Positions 44,370 through 49,067 of a stretch of 49,067 nucleotides of DNA are shown here, one piece after another (position 1 is the first letter of the stretch; each line of letters begins with the position of its first letter). The stretch is from Acetatifactor sp. (GTDB lineage: Bacteria > Bacillota > Clostridia > Lachnospirales > Lachnospiraceae). The position numbers and the translations under genes are program-made. Location: NCBI GenBank assembly GCA_050873925.1, contig JBNMJR010000001.1:1-49067 (forward strand), read 5' to 3'. The notes under the pieces were generated by a model. The model was not told where the DNA came from. It ran no database searches and was given only the letters and a program-made list of their open reading frames with translations.

Positions 44370-45869
44370 TCATGTTTTACTATGTATATTTTGCAACGTC
44401 AGATTCTCATACCATGCAAGACGAAGGCTGGCATCCTGCGGCAATGTGCAGTCGCGCAATGTTACATTCCGGATCGCGTGTCCCGGAGAGCGAAAGCCAT
44501 CGATTTCAACAGGATCCACCGTAAGAGAATCTCCATATCCCATCCGGATGCCGGTAAGTTCCAGTCTTTCAAAACACATATCCTCAAACACCGGTTCCTC
44601 CCCGGCCGGAATCCCGTCGTTGTTATAGGGAACCGAATGGATCATCAGTCTCGGAAAGCTGCAATCCCGCACAGAGACATTGCGTACATATCCTCCGCGT
44701 TGTGGTGTTCCTTTGATTTCGATGCCACTGTAGGATGCCGCCACATCACAATCCCAGATCCTGACATCTTCCACGCCACCGGACATCTCACTTCCGACAC
44801 AGATTCCATGTCCGCATACACTGTAGCAGTCAAACACACGGATATGCCTCGTCGGACGGTTGATCTCGTTACCCTCGGGATTTTTCCCTGATTTAATGGC
44901 CACGGAATCATCCTGAGTCTCGAACCGCGTGGCAAACAGAGTGCAGTTTTCCGAAGAATCCGGATCCCAGCCGTCCCCGTTCCAGATACCCTGGGAATGC
45001 AGTACACAATGATCCGTCACGATGTCATTGCTATAGACCATGTGAACATTCCATGCCGGACCGTTTTGCAGCGTCAATCCGGTAATTCGTACATGTTCAC
45101 AGTTGCTCAGATTGATCAGACGTCCGCGCACACGCCCCGGAATGGTACGGTCATTCTCGCAGGTTGCTACCAATGCGGCATTCTGTGCAAGGTAATCCGC
45201 CAGATTTTTCCGCTCCTGCTCGATAGTGCGGTCCGCCAGTTCCCGTCCGCCTCCGCTGATAGTTCCCTTTCCGTAGAGGAGAATGTTACTGCAATTCGGT
45301 CCCGAAGTATGATCCAGAGTCCCTGCATTTAACAGGCTCCGGTAGCATTCCTGTTCCACGCCCTCAAAGCGACTCCAGATCCGCGGAAGGTAATCTTCCG
45401 GTGCTTCGCTTCCCTGCAGAACAGCACCCTCGTCAAGATAAACTGCTATATTGCCATGGAGATCCAGTGCTCCGGTCAGATAGATTCCCGCCGGAAAATA
45501 GACTTCCTCCTCCGCACCGCAATCGTTAAATGCCCGCTGCAAAGCTGCGGTATTCATGGTAGTTCCATCCCCTTTGGCAAAGTAGGGCTCTTTCGTCACA
45601 TCAATCCGGCGTAGAACCTTTTTCGTCTGAAAGGTAACCTCTCCGATTTCGGTATGATTGTAACAAACCGTCGCCCGATAGCTGTGTTCCGGCTGTAATT
45701 TTTCTAACGTCCAATGCGTCTTATTCGTTGTTGTCACATGAAGTCCATCTAAACAGACGTCATATGTAGCCTCCGCTTCCGCATCCTCGGGCTTATCCCA
45801 GTATAATACTGCAGTATCTGCAGTGGTGCGGACTTCACAGGTACAAAAAAGTGAGGATTTCATTTGCAT
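44370..45869 (-). CDS. GH28 glycoside hydrolase (exo-polygalacturonase-like) with N-terminal FN3 domain
   Basis: NGDG.DP, QDD, IKSG, GHG, GSEMSGG; FN3-like N-terminus; no signal peptide. Confidence 0.88.
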   Translation of the reverse strand: MQMKSSLFCTCEVRTTADTAVLYWDKPEDAEAEATYDVCLDGLHVTTTNKTHWTLEKLQPEHSYRATVCYNHTEIGEVTFQTKKVLRRIDVTKEPYFAKGDGTTMNTAALQRAFNDCGAEEEVYFPAGIYLTGALDLHGNIAVYLDEGAVLQGSEAPEDYLPRIWSRFEGVEQECYRSLLNAGTLDHTSGPNCSNILLYGKGTISGGGRELADRTIEQERKNLADYLAQNAALVATCENDRTIPGRVRGRLINLSNCEHVRITGLTLQNGPAWNVHMVYSNDIVTDHCVLHSQGIWNGDGWDPDSSENCTLFATRFETQDDSVAIKSGKNPEGNEINRPTRHIRVFDCYSVCGHGICVGSEMSGGVEDVRIWDCDVAASYSGIEIKGTPQRGGYVRNVSVRDCSFPRLMIHSVPYNNDGIPAGEEPVFEDMCFERLELTGIRMGYGDSLTVDPVEIDGFRSPGHAIRNVTLRDCTLPQDASLRLAWYENLTLQNIHSKT

Positions 45870-45938
45870 TTCTCCTTAAATTATCCAGTCTTACTGAATT
45901 TTTACATTTATACTGCTAATATAATACGATTATATTGA

Positions 45939-47924
<1,986 letters not shown>

Positions 47925-47940
47925 AACAAGCCACTTAAAG

Positions 47941-47972
47941 ACAGCAGCGATGGAGAAATTCCTCGCTGCTGT
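47941..47972. terminator. Bidirectional terminator
   Basis: ACAGCAGCGA...TCGCTGCTGT between convergent genes. Confidence 0.8.
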
Positions 47973-47986
47973 TTCTGTATTTATAT

Positions 47987-48871
47987 TTATTCTACGGTAA
48001 TGGTGTACTCCTTGCGGAATACTTCGCCTGCCTGCAAAGTGTTGCCATACTCCCGCTGCTCCAGACTGCCGTCAAAGGTGGTCCGGTCGCATCTGCCGTA
48101 CCAGGGCTCGATGCAGATAAACGGCGCTCCCTTGCCAGCGGGGGACCACAGACCGAATAGCGGTGCATCAAAGCTTACGGTAAGGTAAGGCTTTTTGTCC
48201 GGGGTGCACAGGCTCACTGTGGAGGCCTGATGCTTTTCCACGATCAGGGCATCCCTGTCAAATAAATGCTCTGTGATCTGTGCATAGCCATCCTCTGCCA
48301 CCGGCAATATGTCTTCTTCCTGTCCCAGCAGTCCCTGTCCGTCGTCTGCGATCAGGCCGTAGGTCAGATCTTTGTCGGTGTCAAATTTGAAATAATATTC
48401 CGACTGCTTTCCCTTTTCATCCACAGGACACATAAATGCCGGATGTCCTCCAATGGAAAAATACAGTTCTTTCGTATCCGGATTCTCGACCTGCCAGATG
48501 ACTTTCAAGTCTTTTCCTTCCAATTCATAACCTATCTTCAGGATAAAATCAAACGGATATTTTGCTTTGGTCTCTTCATTGGATTGCAGGGAAAACCATG
48601 CTTCCGTTGCGGTCTGCACATCCACGGTAAACTCCATATCTCGGGCGAAACCGTGCTGTCCCATGGAACAGGACTTTCCTTCGTAATGATATTCCTTATT
48701 TTTCAGACTGCCCACAAAGGGGAACAGTACCGGTGCACTTCTCTTCCAGAATTTTGCATCCGCATTCCACAGATACTCGGTATCTGTCGCTTTCCCCCGA
48801 ATGCTTGCAAGCTCTGCACCAAAACTGTTGATCGTTACCTTTAAAACCTCATTTTCCAATACTACCTGCAT
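47987..48871 (-). CDS. Aldose 1-epimerase family protein (LacX-like)
   Basis: EYLW..D..FW.RSAPVLFP, QHGFARD, GGHPAF, ICIEPW; start MQVV after GGAGG. Confidence 0.9.
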   Translation of the reverse strand: MQVVLENEVLKVTINSFGAELASIRGKATDTEYLWNADAKFWKRSAPVLFPFVGSLKNKEYHYEGKSCSMGQHGFARDMEFTVDVQTATEAWFSLQSNEETKAKYPFDFILKIGYELEGKDLKVIWQVENPDTKELYFSIGGHPAFMCPVDEKGKQSEYYFKFDTDKDLTYGLIADDGQGLLGQEEDILPVAEDGYAQITEHLFDRDALIVEKHQASTVSLCTPDKKPYLTVSFDAPLFGLWSPAGKGAPFICIEPWYGRCDRTTFDGSLEQREYGNTLQAGEVFRKEYTITVE

Positions 48872-48957
48872 ATTACATACCTCCCTCTCTTTTTTCACAT
48901 TATACCTCATAACAGTTCATCCGTGAACATATTCGGGCGCAAAAATGATGCTCTATA

Positions 48958-49067
48958 CTATCGGTTATCCTTGAGTCCGGCCGTTTTCAGCCAATGGCCG
49001 GACAAATATCTGCTCACAAAACAGATCACACGGAAGATCCAGTCCAGTACCATGGCAATCCAGACAC
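48958..49067 (-). CDS. C-terminal fragment of a MATE family efflux transporter (runs off the window)
   Basis: VWIAMVLDWIFRVICFVSRYLSGHWLK* resembles MATE C-termini. Confidence 0.65.
   Translation of the reverse strand, partial: VWIAMVLDWIFRVICFVSRYLSGHWLKTAGLKDNR

Overview
Chromosomal window from a sporulating, flagellated Clostridia bacterium, most likely Lachnospiraceae (inferred from gene content). Nearly all genes are on the minus strand. In order: (1) leader and tandem promoters of a probable rRNA operon running off the left edge, and tRNA-Ser(GCT); (2) a housekeeping operon (rhomboid protease, flavodoxin-SCP2 fusion, HIT, two-subunit fumarate hydratase, PlsC); (3) a 10-gene Tad/Flp type IV pilus locus with two prepilin peptidases, a Zn-finger-bearing minor pilin and a terminal FHA protein; (4) bofA and yaaL-like sporulation genes; (5) a probable sigma28-driven operon of a 958-aa FliK-like protein, flagellin and FliS; (6) glgB downstream of a 984-aa TPR/tandem-repeat/degenerate-AAA protein; (7) dac, yfcE, trmB, trxA; (8) an MtaR-like LysR regulator, a core methionine synthase, a U32-like Fe-S protein and a class II UvrA; (9) a run of small accessory genes, including two ORFs missed by the ORF track (a 29-aa membrane peptide and an orphan Rpn C-terminal/RpnS-like protein), a tandem HD-GYP and a truncated MreB-like protein; (10) a DUF2975-HTH-DUF4153-DUF6688-like membrane operon; (11) a uronate locus (GH28, GH2 hexuronidase, aldose epimerase) and the end of a MATE transporter. 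No CRISPR array, intact transposase or integrase was seen. Best candidates for undescribed biology: the U32-like + UvrA2 pair beside the methionine module, the Zn-finger/FHA Tad pilus, the TPR-repeat-pseudoAAA scaffold and the orphan RpnS. All family assignments are by eye from motifs; no database searches were run.
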